Source: an uncultured Amylibacter sp.
GTDB lineage: Bacteria > Pseudomonadota > Alphaproteobacteria > Rhodobacterales > Rhodobacteraceae
DNA length: 64,000 nucleotides
Assembly: GCA_905181935.1 (NCBI GenBank)
Contig: CAJIZV010000003.1
Location: forward strand, 64,848-128,847
Direction: 5' to 3'
The translations under genes were made by a program, and so were the position numbers. The first letter of the stretch is position 1, and every line of letters starts with the position of its first letter. A model generated the notes under the pieces. It saw only the letters and a program-made list of their open reading frames with translations. It was not told where the DNA came from and made no database searches. This document shows positions 38,425 through 49,299 of this stretch, piece after piece.

Positions 38425-41184
38425 ATGGCCGATAAAATTATATTTAGTTTAGATGGAAAATCCGTAACTGCAGAGCCTGGTGAGACAATCTGGGAAGTTG
38501 CTAAACGTGAAGGAACAACTATTCCGCATTTGTGCCATTCGGGCGAAAAAGGCTATCGTTCAGATGGAAATTGTCGAGCATGTATGGTGGAGGTTGATGG
38601 TGAACGCACGTTAGCTGCATCATGTATCCGAACACCTAGTCCTAATATGGTTGTTAAATCTGAAAGTCATCGTGCAAAATCAGCGCGTAAAATGGTTATG
38701 GAGTTATTAGTTTCTGACCAACCTATACAGGAAAAAGCACATGATAAATCGTCACATCTTTGGAATATGGCTGAATTAGAGGGTGTTTCTAATAGCCGGT
38801 TTCCTGCCATTGAGTTGAAACGTATTCCATTACTAGATGATAGCCATGTTGCAATGAGTGTAAACTTAGATGCTTGCATTCAATGTAACTTATGTGTACG
38901 TGCATGTCGCGAAGTACAGGTGAATGATGTTATTGGTTTGGCTGGCCGTGGCCATGATGCAAAAATTGTCTTTGATATGGATGATCTGATGGGTGAGTCA
39001 TCTTGTGTTGCATGTGGTGAATGTGTCCAAGCGTGTCCAACTGGCGCCCTCATGCCAGCTTCAGGTGTTGATGCAGCTCAGGTCGGTGACAGTATGGATT
39101 TTGATCGTGAAGTTAAATCTGTATGTCCCTTCTGTGGCGTAGGTTGCCAGATAAGTTTGAAAATTAAAGATGATAAAGTAAAATGGGTTGACGGTATTGA
39201 TGGTCCAGCCAACGAAAATCGATTGTGTGTAAAGGGGCGATTTGGTTTTGACTACATAGATCATAACCACCGCCTTACTAAGCCATTAATTAGGCTAGAG
39301 AATGCACCAAAAGGTCTAAATGTTGACCCTTCTAATCCGATGAGCCATTTTAGAGAAGCTTCTTGGGAAGAAGCTATGACATTTGCGGCCAATGGTTTCC
39401 GTGGGCGTGGGCGTGAAGTAGCAGGGTTTGGATCTGCTAAATGTACAAATGAAGAAGCTTATTTATTTCAAAAATTTATACGTCAGGGTTTCGGTCATAA
39501 TAATGTAGATCATTGCACACGATTGTGCCATGCATCATCTGTTGCAGCTTTGATGGAAAATGTTGGATCAGCGGCTGTAACTGCTACGTTTAATGAAATT
39601 GAAAATGCAGATGTAGCTATTGTTATAGGTGCAAACCCTACAGAAAATCATCCTGTTGCGGCAACTTATTTCAAACAGTTTACTAAACGCGGTGGTAAAT
39701 TAATAGTAATGGACCCGCGTGGCCAAGCTTTAAAACGACACTCATCCCATATGTTGCAGTTTAGACCTGGTGCCGATGTATCAATGTTAAATGCTATTAT
39801 GCATGTGATAGTTGAAGAAGGTCTTTATGATAGTGATTATGTCGCTAAATATACTGAGAATTGGGAAGCTCAAAAAGAGCACCTTAAAGATTTTAGCCCT
39901 GAAAAAATGGCACCTATTTGTGGTATAGATGCAGAAATGCTTCGTGATGTAGCGCGTACTTTTGCAAATGCTAAAGCAGGCATGATTTTTTGGGGAATGG
40001 GTGTTTCCCAACACATTCATGGAACTGATAATTCACGCTGTTTAATTTCACTTGCATTTATGACTGGAAATGTCGGTAAGTCTGGTGCTGGCCTACACCC
40101 TCTCCGAGGTCAAAATAATGTTCAAGGTGCTTCTGATGCTGGTATGATTCCAATGTTTTTACCTGATTACCAACCGGTTAGTGATGATGGTGTGCGTTCG
40201 GCATTTACAGAGGTATGGAAGTCAGAAGATTTTAGCTCTGAACGAGGGTTAACTGTTGTTGAGATCATAGCGGCAATTCATCAAGATAGTATCAAAGCTA
40301 TGTATATTCTTGGTGAAAATCCTGCAATGTCGGATCCTGATGTGGAGCATGCGCGAGCAGCGTTAGCAAAATTGGATCACCTTGTTGTCCAAGACATTTT
40401 CCTTACTGAAACAGCTAATTACGCAGACGTAATCTTGCCTGCATCTGCGTTTGCAGAGAAAACTGGAACTGTAACTAATACAAACCGACAGGTTCAAATG
40501 GGGCGTACTGCGGTATCACCACCAGGTGAGGCTCGCGAGGATTGGGCTATTACTGTTGATTTGGCGCAACGCTGTGGATTAGATTGGAATTATTCTCACC
40601 CCAGACAAGTTTTTGCAGAAATGAAACTTAATATGGCATCATTAGATAATATTACTTGGGATCGTTTAGAAGCAGAAAATGTAGTAACATACCCTAGTTT
40701 ATCTCCAACTGATCCAGGCCAAGCAATTGTATTTGGGGATGGCTTTCCTAGAGAAGATGGTCGTGGTAAATTTACTCCCGCTTCTATTATTGCTCCGGAC
40801 GACGTCCCTGACGCTGAATATCCAATGATCTTAACAACTGGTCGCCAGTTAGAGCATTGGCATACGGGTTCAATGACGCGCCGTGCTACAGTTTTAGATG
40901 CTGTAGAGCCTGAAGCAAACTGTTCACTGCACCCACGAACACTTCGAAAGCTTGGGGTAGAGCCAGGTGGTATGATAACATTAACTACCAAACGTGGAAC
41001 AATTGATGTTATGGCGCGCGCTGACCGTGCAATATCTGAGGATATGGTTTTCTTACCATTTGCTTTTGTTGAGGCAGCTGCAAATATTTTAACAAACTCT
41101 GCATTAGATCCCTATGGGAAAATACCTGAGTTCAAATTTTCAGCTGTTAAAGCCGAAAAAATGCTTGAGTTAGCTTTAAAATAA
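38425..41184 (+). CDS. formate dehydrogenase alpha-like molybdopterin oxidoreductase with fused N-terminal Fe-S domains
   Basis: The 919-aa ORF has an N-terminal 2Fe-2S ferredoxin-like domain, two 4Fe-4S CxxCxxCxxxCP motifs, an MopB 4Fe-4S motif (CPFCGVGC), and a Mo-bisPGD domain. The active-site context CTRLCHASS has Cys, with no in-frame TGA. Confidence 0.8.
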   Translation: MADKIIFSLDGKSVTAEPGETIWEVAKREGTTIPHLCHSGEKGYRSDGNCRACMVEVDGERTLAASCIRTPSPNMVVKSESHRAKSARKMVMELLVSDQPIQEKAHDKSSHLWNMAELEGVSNSRFPAIELKRIPLLDDSHVAMSVNLDACIQCNLCVRACREVQVNDVIGLAGRGHDAKIVFDMDDLMGESSCVACGECVQACPTGALMPASGVDAAQVGDSMDFDREVKSVCPFCGVGCQISLKIKDDKVKWVDGIDGPANENRLCVKGRFGFDYIDHNHRLTKPLIRLENAPKGLNVDPSNPMSHFREASWEEAMTFAANGFRGRGREVAGFGSAKCTNEEAYLFQKFIRQGFGHNNVDHCTRLCHASSVAALMENVGSAAVTATFNEIENADVAIVIGANPTENHPVAATYFKQFTKRGGKLIVMDPRGQALKRHSSHMLQFRPGADVSMLNAIMHVIVEEGLYDSDYVAKYTENWEAQKEHLKDFSPEKMAPICGIDAEMLRDVARTFANAKAGMIFWGMGVSQHIHGTDNSRCLISLAFMTGNVGKSGAGLHPLRGQNNVQGASDAGMIPMFLPDYQPVSDDGVRSAFTEVWKSEDFSSERGLTVVEIIAAIHQDSIKAMYILGENPAMSDPDVEHARAALAKLDHLVVQDIFLTETANYADVILPASAFAEKTGTVTNTNRQVQMGRTAVSPPGEAREDWAITVDLAQRCGLDWNYSHPRQVFAEMKLNMASLDNITWDRLEAENVVTYPSLSPTDPGQAIVFGDGFPREDGRGKFTPASIIAPDDVPDAEYPMILTTGRQLEHWHTGSMTRRATVLDAVEPEANCSLHPRTLRKLGVEPGGMITLTTKRGTIDVMARADRAISEDMVFLPFAFVEAAANILTNSALDPYGKIPEFKFSAVKAEKMLELALK

Positions 41185-41214
41185 AGTTTTGTAGCTAATG
41201 ATAATTAGTGTGTA

Positions 41215-41448
41215 CTAAATGGCACGACTATACCCTGTATTTAGTTTTTTTTCACGTATTTGATCTGCTGCGAGTGATGCGCTCATCAAGTCAGGGAATA
41301 GTTGTATATTTTGACGACCTTTTCCACCACGCATACCCCATTCTCGTAAAACTGAAAACTCTTCAAATAAATTAGTGAGTATTTCCAAACGATAATAGCG
41401 TGGGCTGGTTTTTTGTGTGGCAGTTTTAAACATTAAACATTGTGTCAT
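41215..41448 (-). CDS. WGR domain small protein
   Basis: The 77-aa ORF contains RYYRLEI..NLFEEFSVLREWGMRGGKG, matching the WGR motif pattern. Confidence 0.6.
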   Translation of the reverse strand: MTQCLMFKTATQKTSPRYYRLEILTNLFEEFSVLREWGMRGGKGRQNIQLFPDLMSASLAADQIREKKLNTGYSRAI

Positions 41449-41511
41449 GTTATGATTCTAACGGATGAATAATTTGGTATCAATAATCATTTATATATTT
41501 TGTTATTAAAC

Positions 41512-41536
41512 GAAAAAAGCCGCTTAATAAGCGGCT
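41512..41536 (-). terminator. intrinsic terminator downstream of rpmJ
   Basis: Hairpin AGCCGCTTATTAAGCGGCT on the minus strand, followed by TTTTTTCG. Confidence 0.6.
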
Positions 41537-41560
41537 TTAAAATCTCGTAGTTGATATATG

Positions 41561-41686
41561 TTAACCTTGTCTTGCTTTAAAGCGAGGTTGGGTTTTATTT
41601 ATAACATATACTCGGCCCTTACGGCGCACGACACGACAGTCGCGGTGGCGCGCTTTTAGCGAGCGAAGTGAGCTTTTGACCTTCAT
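41561..41686 (-). CDS. rpmJ: 50S ribosomal protein L36 (single-Cys, zinc-independent type)
   Basis: Not in the ORF track because it is shorter than 60 aa. My translation is [41 protein letters not shown] (41 aa). AAGGAGAAGG lies just upstream of the ATG. Confidence 0.9.
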   Translation of the reverse strand: MKVKSSLRSLKARHRDCRVVRRKGRVYVINKTQPRFKARQG

Positions 41687-41754
41687 GGGCCTTCTCCTTT
41701 TTCGCACATCACAAAGATGATGCGCCAGTTTATATTTGCCCTTTTGGGCGGGTA

Positions 41755-41829
41755 TGGTGGGCGTAACTGGGATTGAACCAGTGACCCCTTCGATGTCAAC
41801 GAAGTGCTCTCCCGCTGAGCTATACGCCC
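41755..41829 (-). tRNA. tRNA-Val (anticodon GAC)
   Basis: A cloverleaf folds by hand: acceptor GGGCGTA/TACGCCC, anticodon stem CTTCG/CGAAG with loop TTGACAT, T-arm ACTGG TTCAATC CCAGT, and an encoded CCA. Confidence 0.9.
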
Positions 41830-41955
41830 CAAAAGATCAAGAAGTACTTTTAAAATACTCCCTGCGAGTGGTTTCTATAGAAGGTAAAGCGAAAGTGTTC
41901 AAGAGCCTTGTTAAAGGGCTTTTGATTTTTAGCATTTTATGGCTAAATTGCTCTA

Positions 41956-42792
41956 ATGGTTAACGAATCCTATATATTTAATACGCCCACGCATCAAACT
42001 ACATGTATAGTGTTTAGTTCACCGCATAGTGGTCGCAATTATTCAGAATCATTTTTGAATAATTCTTTATTAGAGTCGCCACAAATACGTACGTCAGAAG
42101 ACGCTTTTGTGGATGACTTATTTTCCTGTGTAACAAATTTTGGGGCTTCCTTATTGGCTGCAGTTGCGCCGCGCGCTTATGTTGACCTAAACCGTCATTC
42201 AGATGAGTTAGATAGTGCTGTGATTAGTGGTATTAATAGAGGCTTAACTAATGCCAGAATATTATCTGGCTTAGGTGTTATCCCACGTGTTGTTGCGAGA
42301 GGGAGTGTCATTCAATCTGGTAAAATGAGTATGGAGCAAGCACAAGAGCGTTTAGATACTGTATATTATCCATATCATCAAAAATTAAAAAAAGTTCTTA
42401 ACCAAACACATTTAACTTTTGGGAAATCTATTCTAATTGATTGCCACTCTATGCCGCGAAGGGCTACGTCACATATTGTTGTGGGAGAGGGCCGTGGTCC
42501 TGATGTAATTTTAGGAGATAGATTTGGTGCATCTTGTTCCAAAACCATTACTAATCAGGTTGAAAATGTCTTTATTAATCAAGGTTTCACCGTGTCTCGT
42601 AATATCCCTTTTTCAGGTGCCTATATTTTGCAAAATTATGGTTGCCCCTCATTAAATCAGCACGCAATTCAAATCGAAATAAATCGTAGTTTATACATGA
42701 TTGAAGAAACTGTGGAAAAATCTGAAAACTATCATTGTATTCGTAATAGGTTACAAAAAGTTATTGAAGAATTAGTTTTAATTGGTGAATAA
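41956..42792 (+). CDS. N-formylglutamate amidohydrolase family protein
   Basis: The 278-aa ORF has the SSPHSGR, YVDLNR and DCHSM motifs typical of the FGase family. Confidence 0.7.
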   Translation: MVNESYIFNTPTHQTTCIVFSSPHSGRNYSESFLNNSLLESPQIRTSEDAFVDDLFSCVTNFGASLLAAVAPRAYVDLNRHSDELDSAVISGINRGLTNARILSGLGVIPRVVARGSVIQSGKMSMEQAQERLDTVYYPYHQKLKKVLNQTHLTFGKSILIDCHSMPRRATSHIVVGEGRGPDVILGDRFGASCSKTITNQVENVFINQGFTVSRNIPFSGAYILQNYGCPSLNQHAIQIEINRSLYMIEETVEKSENYHCIRNRLQKVIEELVLIGE

Positions 42793-42815
42793 AAATTTCA
42801 CTTTATTTAAAATAA

Positions 42816-44072
42816 TTATCGTAAACTTCGACCTTTCATAATAGCATTTTTACCAAAACGATTTTTTATTGTATCAGTAGCACGCTCTGCCTCTGCCTTT
42901 TTAGCTTCGCCCGCTTTTAAAAAATCATTGAATTGATCAGCATTATCTGGATTGTCCAGATTGCTGATACCAACGCCAATTAATCTGAATGGGGCTTGAT
43001 TGATAACCTCATTTAACATTCGGCGTGCTTGTTCATAAATGCGTTCTGCAATCTGCGTTGGTTCTCTTTGTGTTATGCGGCGCGTCACAGATTTAAAGTT
43101 TTTAGTTTTTACTTTTAGTGTAACAACATGGCCAGATTTTTTCTGCTTTTTAGCCTTGTCAGATACTTCCTCTGCAAGTCTCCAAACGTACCCATCCAGT
43201 TTTTCAATATCACTTATATCTTCATTAAATGTAGTTTCTTTTGATATACTTTTGACTTTAGTTTGTGGATTAATACTACGATCATCTAATCCTCGACACA
43301 GGTGCCACAGATGGCCGCCCATGTTTTGGTATTTGTCCATTAAATATTTAAGTTCACGATGTTGAAGGTCAGCAAATGTCCGAATACCGTCACGCTCCAA
43401 GGTTTCTTGAGTGACTTTGCCCACACCCCAAATTAAGTTAATATTTTTTGGAGCAAGAAATTCTTTAATGCCTTGCTGGCCTATAACAGAAAATCCACGA
43501 GGTTTTTCTAAGTCTGAGGCAAGTTTAGCTAGAAACTTATTGTATGATAGGCCAATTGATCCTGAGATGTGAAGTTCATTTTCAATGCGCTTTACAAGTC
43601 TTGCCATTGATAGTGCGGGTGGTTCACCATGCAGTTTTTCTGTACCGTTAAGATCAATGAAGGCTTCATCTAAAGATAGAGGTTCTATACGGGGTGATAG
43701 CTCACTCATCATCTGTTGTATTTCTTTAGATACATTTACATAAATTTCCATGCGGGGTGCTACCACAACAGCTTCCGGACAAAGCTTTAAGGCTTTAAAC
43801 ATTGGCATCGCAGAGCGAACACCTTTAATTCTAGCGATGTAGCATGCGGTAGAAACGACGCCTCGTCGACCGCCACCAATTATTACAGGCTTATCACGTA
43901 GGCTTGGGTTATCTCTTTTTTCAACACTAGCATAAAATGCATCACAATCCATATGTGCGGTATTTAGAGAAAAAAGTTCAGGATGGGATATAATACGTGG
44001 ACTTGCACAATTCACACATCGTAAAGAAATGGGAATTATTTTTGTCAGACAGTCTCGGCATATAGTTTGCAT
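42816..44072 (-). CDS. dinB: DNA polymerase IV with N-terminal CxxC-N10-CxxC extension
   Basis: Y-family core (HMDCDAFYASVE, SLDEAF.D) and 418 aa in length. A roughly 35-aa N-terminal extension carries four Cys. Confidence 0.9.
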   Translation of the reverse strand: MQTICRDCLTKIIPISLRCVNCASPRIISHPELFSLNTAHMDCDAFYASVEKRDNPSLRDKPVIIGGGRRGVVSTACYIARIKGVRSAMPMFKALKLCPEAVVVAPRMEIYVNVSKEIQQMMSELSPRIEPLSLDEAFIDLNGTEKLHGEPPALSMARLVKRIENELHISGSIGLSYNKFLAKLASDLEKPRGFSVIGQQGIKEFLAPKNINLIWGVGKVTQETLERDGIRTFADLQHRELKYLMDKYQNMGGHLWHLCRGLDDRSINPQTKVKSISKETTFNEDISDIEKLDGYVWRLAEEVSDKAKKQKKSGHVVTLKVKTKNFKSVTRRITQREPTQIAERIYEQARRMLNEVINQAPFRLIGVGISNLDNPDNADQFNDFLKAGEAKKAEAERATDTIKNRFGKNAIMKGRSLR

Positions 44073-44171
44073 GATAATACCATATCATTACTTTTTCAAT
44101 GATGATAGGAATAGGGTTGTTTTTGTTTAGTAGTAACAGTTTTATTTTAGTTATAAAATATCTGTAAAATT

Positions 44172-44867
44172 TTAGACTACTTTAAGTTCATTTAAAATTT
44201 TTAATGCAGCCTTGCGTGGATTTTTTGAATCCCATATTGGGCGGCCAATCACAATATGATCAGCTCCATTCTTTATTGCTTCAGCTGGAGTTGTAACTCG
44301 CTTCTGATCATCAAGCACTGATCCTAGCGGACGTACGCCTGGCGTAATAATAAGCTTTCCAACGGCTTCAGGAAGGGCGCGTATTAGCGCTGCTTCTTGC
44401 GGACTAGCAATAATTCCATCGGCACCAGCTTTAAATGCATTCTGTGCGCGCTCTTTTACTAGGTCGCTAAGATTGCCGCTTTTAATTAGCGCATCATCTA
44501 AGTCCTCACGATCAAGAGATGTAAGAATTGTTACAGCAAGAATTTTAGTACAACTATTACCGCGCCCAGCAACGGCTGCGCGGACCACATGAGGATCACC
44601 ATGAACGGTCAAAAAGTCAAAGTTGTATTGTGAAATTCCAGCTACTGCTTTTTCGACAGTTGCTCCAATATCAAAAAACTTCATATCTAGAAAAATCTTA
44701 AAGCCTTTTTCTTTTAGTTCATTTGCAAGAGCTAGCCCACCTCCTGTTAGCATACCAAGTCCAATTTTATAGAACGACACTGTATCACCTAAGGCATCAA
44801 CAATTTTCCCGCCATCTAAAAGGTTTGGAACATCTAGTGCTACAATTAAGCGATCATCTGCATTCAT
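44172..44867 (-). CDS. pyrF: orotidine 5'-phosphate decarboxylase
   Basis: The 231-aa ORF has the LIVALD, KIG and FLDMKF.DI motifs. Confidence 0.9.
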   Translation of the reverse strand: MNADDRLIVALDVPNLLDGGKIVDALGDTVSFYKIGLGMLTGGGLALANELKEKGFKIFLDMKFFDIGATVEKAVAGISQYNFDFLTVHGDPHVVRAAVAGRGNSCTKILAVTILTSLDREDLDDALIKSGNLSDLVKERAQNAFKAGADGIIASPQEAALIRALPEAVGKLIITPGVRPLGSVLDDQKRVTTPAEAIKNGADHIVIGRPIWDSKNPRKAALKILNELKVV

Positions 44868-45002
44868 TTTAAGGTTCCGTTTTTATTTTCTGCTCTTTGG
44901 TCATTAAGGCTGCCGGTGTCAATCCAAGGGTAATTATACCTTTATTTTCCTTGAGGCTATTTTTATGCTTTAAATGTGCATACCATTTGCCTAGTTAAAG
45001 CT

Positions 45003-45122
45003 ATGAGTTTTTTTATACGTACCATCATATGGGGTTTAGCCAAGCGCTTTTTAGGCCTCCCAGGAATGCTTTTAGTTGGTGCCTTGCTGTATTTTTATTT
45101 TAGATCTAAATCTGGCATTTAA
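45003..45122 (+). CDS. possible 39-aa small membrane protein
   Basis: My translation is MSFFIRTIIWGLAKRFLGLPGMLLVGALLYFYFRSKSGI, with one hydrophobic helix. I see no obvious SD sequence, so this is speculative. Confidence 0.2.
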   Translation: MSFFIRTIIWGLAKRFLGLPGMLLVGALLYFYFRSKSGI

Positions 45123-45282
45123 AATATTAAAAAATTTTAAAATATAATAGCCTATTTTTATTTTTAAAATAAAAAATAGAAACTTAAATATTTATTCGCA
45201 CTAATCTCAAAAATTTGTGAACAGGATCTATTTTTGTTTAATATCTATATTTTATATAGCAATAATAAAAAAAGGATAAAAT

Positions 45283-46212
45283 ATGACTTTATTTCGTGGA
45301 AACATAAAGTATTCGGACATAACTGCAAAAGCAGATTTTTTGAATCGGCGTCAGATTATTGCTGGTGCAGCAGGCTTAGGAGCAGCATCCTTTGTTGGTG
45401 GAGCTGTTCAAGCTCAGAACCTTGAATATTCCACGACTGATTATGCTGTAAACGCAGATATTACTCCAAAAAAGGATGCTACTAGCTTTAATAATTTCTA
45501 CGAATTTGGCACGGGAAAAAATGACCCAAAGGATAACGCTAGCCGTATGAAGATTGACCCTTGGGCTGTTGAAATTAGTGGCTTAGTTGATAACCCAGGA
45601 AACTATAGTTTAGAAGATTTATTATCAGGAATTGCGTTGGAGGAGCGAATTTATCGCTTTCGTTGTGTGGAGGCTTGGTCAATGGTAGTTCCCTGGATCG
45701 GTTTTTCTTTGTCAGATATATTGAAGAGAGCTGGTGTGCAATCTTCAGCAAAATATGTTGCATTTCAAACTTTAAACCGACCTTCAGAAATGATTGGCAT
45801 AAAAAGAAACCCAAAATTTCCCTGGCCATATGTCGAAGGTTTACGATTAGATGAGGCAATGAACCCTTTAAGTATGATTGCTACTGGTATGTATGGAGAA
45901 AGTCTTCCAAATCAAAATGGTGCTCCATTGCGATTGGTTGTACCTTGGAAATATGGTTTTAAGTCTATAAAATCGATTGTGAAAATTACGCTTACTGAAA
46001 CCCAGCCTCAAACTACTTGGAACATATTAGCACCAAAAGAGTATGGATTTTATTCTAATGTAAACCCTAGTTTTGATCATCCCCGTTGGAGCCAAGCGCG
46101 GGAGCGTATAATTGGTGGTGGTATTTTTAAACGGGATACCCCGATGTTTAATGGATATGGCGAAGAAGTAGCTAATTTATATGCAGGTATGGATCTTAAT
46201 AAAAATTATTAA
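45283..46212 (+). CDS. msrP: protein-methionine-sulfoxide reductase catalytic subunit MsrP (YedY)
   Basis: Tat signal (NRRQIIAGAAGLGAASF) and a molybdopterin oxidoreductase domain. It is followed by msrQ. Confidence 0.85.
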   Translation: MTLFRGNIKYSDITAKADFLNRRQIIAGAAGLGAASFVGGAVQAQNLEYSTTDYAVNADITPKKDATSFNNFYEFGTGKNDPKDNASRMKIDPWAVEISGLVDNPGNYSLEDLLSGIALEERIYRFRCVEAWSMVVPWIGFSLSDILKRAGVQSSAKYVAFQTLNRPSEMIGIKRNPKFPWPYVEGLRLDEAMNPLSMIATGMYGESLPNQNGAPLRLVVPWKYGFKSIKSIVKITLTETQPQTTWNILAPKEYGFYSNVNPSFDHPRWSQARERIIGGGIFKRDTPMFNGYGEEVANLYAGMDLNKNY

Positions 46213-46291
46213 AATAATATACGACTTATTACATCGGTTAAGTGAAACGACTTTGGAATAGGGTTGATAAGAATAATTTTGGGAAATAATT

Positions 46292-46924
46292 ATGGCAGTT
46301 ACTAAAGTAATTAATTTTTTGATGCGTAAATTGCCAAATTGGGTGGTCTACATTATTTTGGTATTACCAGCTGTTTATTTAACTTTTGCATTGTTAGGTA
46401 ATCAATTAGGTCCTGACCCTATTCGTACCTATCAACATAAAGTTGGCGAGTTCGGACTGAAGCTAATTATAATAGGTTTATTTATTACGCCCTTACGAGA
46501 TTTGTTTAATATAAATTTTTTCAAATTCCGTAGATGTATTGGATTAATGGCGTTTTTGTATGTTTGTTTACATTTTTTATCTTATTTAGTTCTAGACCAA
46601 AGTTTAAATTTTAATGAAGTATGGAAAGACATTGTAAAGAGACCTTATATAACGTTTGGAATGATCTCTGCGGGCATAATGCTTTTTTTGTCGCTTACAT
46701 CGAATAATTTATCAGTAAAAATACTTGGACCTATTTATTGGAAAAGACTTCATCAGTTGGTTTATTTAGTAAGTCTTGGTGCTGTAACGCATTTTCTCTT
46801 GCTTACTAAAGCATGGCAAATAGAACCCATGATCTATTTTATTATTTTGATTGGTTTGCTGGGCTATAGAGCTCTAAAGGCATATCAAAAAAGAATCTTA
46901 AATAAAAAAAGAAATATTTCTTAA
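46292..46924 (+). CDS. msrQ: protein-methionine-sulfoxide reductase haem-binding subunit MsrQ (YedZ)
   Basis: A 210-aa protein with 6 TM helices, a ferric-reductase-like domain and conserved His residues. It is adjacent to msrP. Confidence 0.8.
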   Translation: MAVTKVINFLMRKLPNWVVYIILVLPAVYLTFALLGNQLGPDPIRTYQHKVGEFGLKLIIIGLFITPLRDLFNINFFKFRRCIGLMAFLYVCLHFLSYLVLDQSLNFNEVWKDIVKRPYITFGMISAGIMLFLSLTSNNLSVKILGPIYWKRLHQLVYLVSLGAVTHFLLLTKAWQIEPMIYFIILIGLLGYRALKAYQKRILNKKRNIS

Positions 46925-47103
46925 AATACAAGAATATTTAAAGAAATGAGTCTGTTGCCAATAAAGATAAACGGTATTTATGGGTAAAATTATCAATTAT
47001 TTTAATATATATAGTTTTTATTTGATATTAAAAAAAAATTTTATAGCAAAAACAGTACCTTATCAAATAAGAATAAAAAAAGTGATTTTTCTTAAAAAAG
47101 AGG

Positions 47104-47132
47104 TTGCGGGTTTGAGTGGGTAGGCCTAAAAG
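47104..47132 (+). promoter_or_regulatory. possible rRNA operon promoter
   Basis: TTGCGG, N17, TAAAAG, preceded by a long A/T-rich UP-like tract. This is a weak call made by eye. Confidence 0.3.
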
Positions 47133-47270
47133 CCCCCTTACCGGAAGCGACGACAGACGGTGACACGCACTAAGCGAGGCACTCAAAACGTTGGTAAGGT
47201 TGAAAAAAGAGAAAAAATTTGGCGGGCGCGTCTAGTAAGTTAAGGGCGCTATCGTTATATTATTGTCTCT

Positions 47271-47282
47271 GGCTCTTTGAAA
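47271..47282 (+). promoter_or_regulatory. boxA-like antitermination element in the rRNA leader
   Basis: GGCTCTTTGAAA resembles the boxA consensus (TGCTCTTTAACA) and lies just 5' of the 16S processing stem. Confidence 0.4.
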
Positions 47283-47292
47283 TTGATAGTAT

Positions 47293-47318
47293 CTGAAGAG
47301 ATATGTGGGCGGTTTGGT
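47293..47318 (+). other. 16S processing-stem 5' strand
   Basis: CTGAAGAGATATGTGGGCGGTTTGGT pairs with 49080..49105 over 26 positions (one mismatch, two G-U pairs), bracketing the 16S rRNA. Confidence 0.7.
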
Positions 47319-47519
47319 TTCGTTTCGACGAACGGATGTTTGCATATCAACGTTCCTAGGCTTTGGCCGATTATGGAATGTCAGCTTCACTGTTTGTAGC
47401 GGCTTTTGTTTCTTTGGAAACTAAAGCACAAACAAACAGATTAAAATGTCTTCTGCCTGTCTGGGTAGAAGATGATGTGCAGAGGTTCGAACGTTAAGGA
47501 TAAGCAAGTAATTGCTTTT

Positions 47520-48994
<1,475 letters not shown>

Positions 48995-49079
48995 GACCTT
49001 AGTTGAAAGTTCGCTTTCACGTAGGTCACTTTTTAGCAGCTCTTAAATGAGCTTTAGCAGTCTTCGGACTGCACTATAG

Positions 49080-49105
49080 ACCGAACCGTCCTCATATCTC
49101 TTCAG
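49080..49105 (+). other. 16S processing-stem 3' strand
   Basis: ACCGAACCGTCCTCATATCTCTTCAG is complementary to 47293..47318. Confidence 0.7.
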
Positions 49106-49140
49106 TTAGTAATTATTCAGCAGGTCATTGATCTGTTAAA

Positions 49141-49217
<77 letters not shown>

Positions 49218-49223
49218 AAAAAT

Positions 49224-49299
49224 GGGGCGTTAGCTCAGCTGGGAGAGCACCTGCTTTGCAAGCAGGGGGTCATCGGTTCGATCCCGATACGCTCCACCA
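49224..49299 (+). tRNA. tRNA-Ala (anticodon TGC)
   Basis: GGGGCGTTAGCTCAGCTGGGAGAGC...TTTGCAA...CGCTCCACCA, with the G3:U70 identity pair present. Confidence 0.95.

Noticed and set aside
41736-41963. 75-aa plus-strand ORF
   Set aside because: It overlaps tRNA-Val in antisense, and its sequence is dictated by the tRNA. It has no independent coding support.
44073-44171. Search for an alphaproteobacterial LexA box (GTTC-N7-GTTC) upstream of dinB
   Set aside because: Only GTTG-N5-GTTT is present. Both the spacing and the sequence are wrong, so I make no SOS-box claim.
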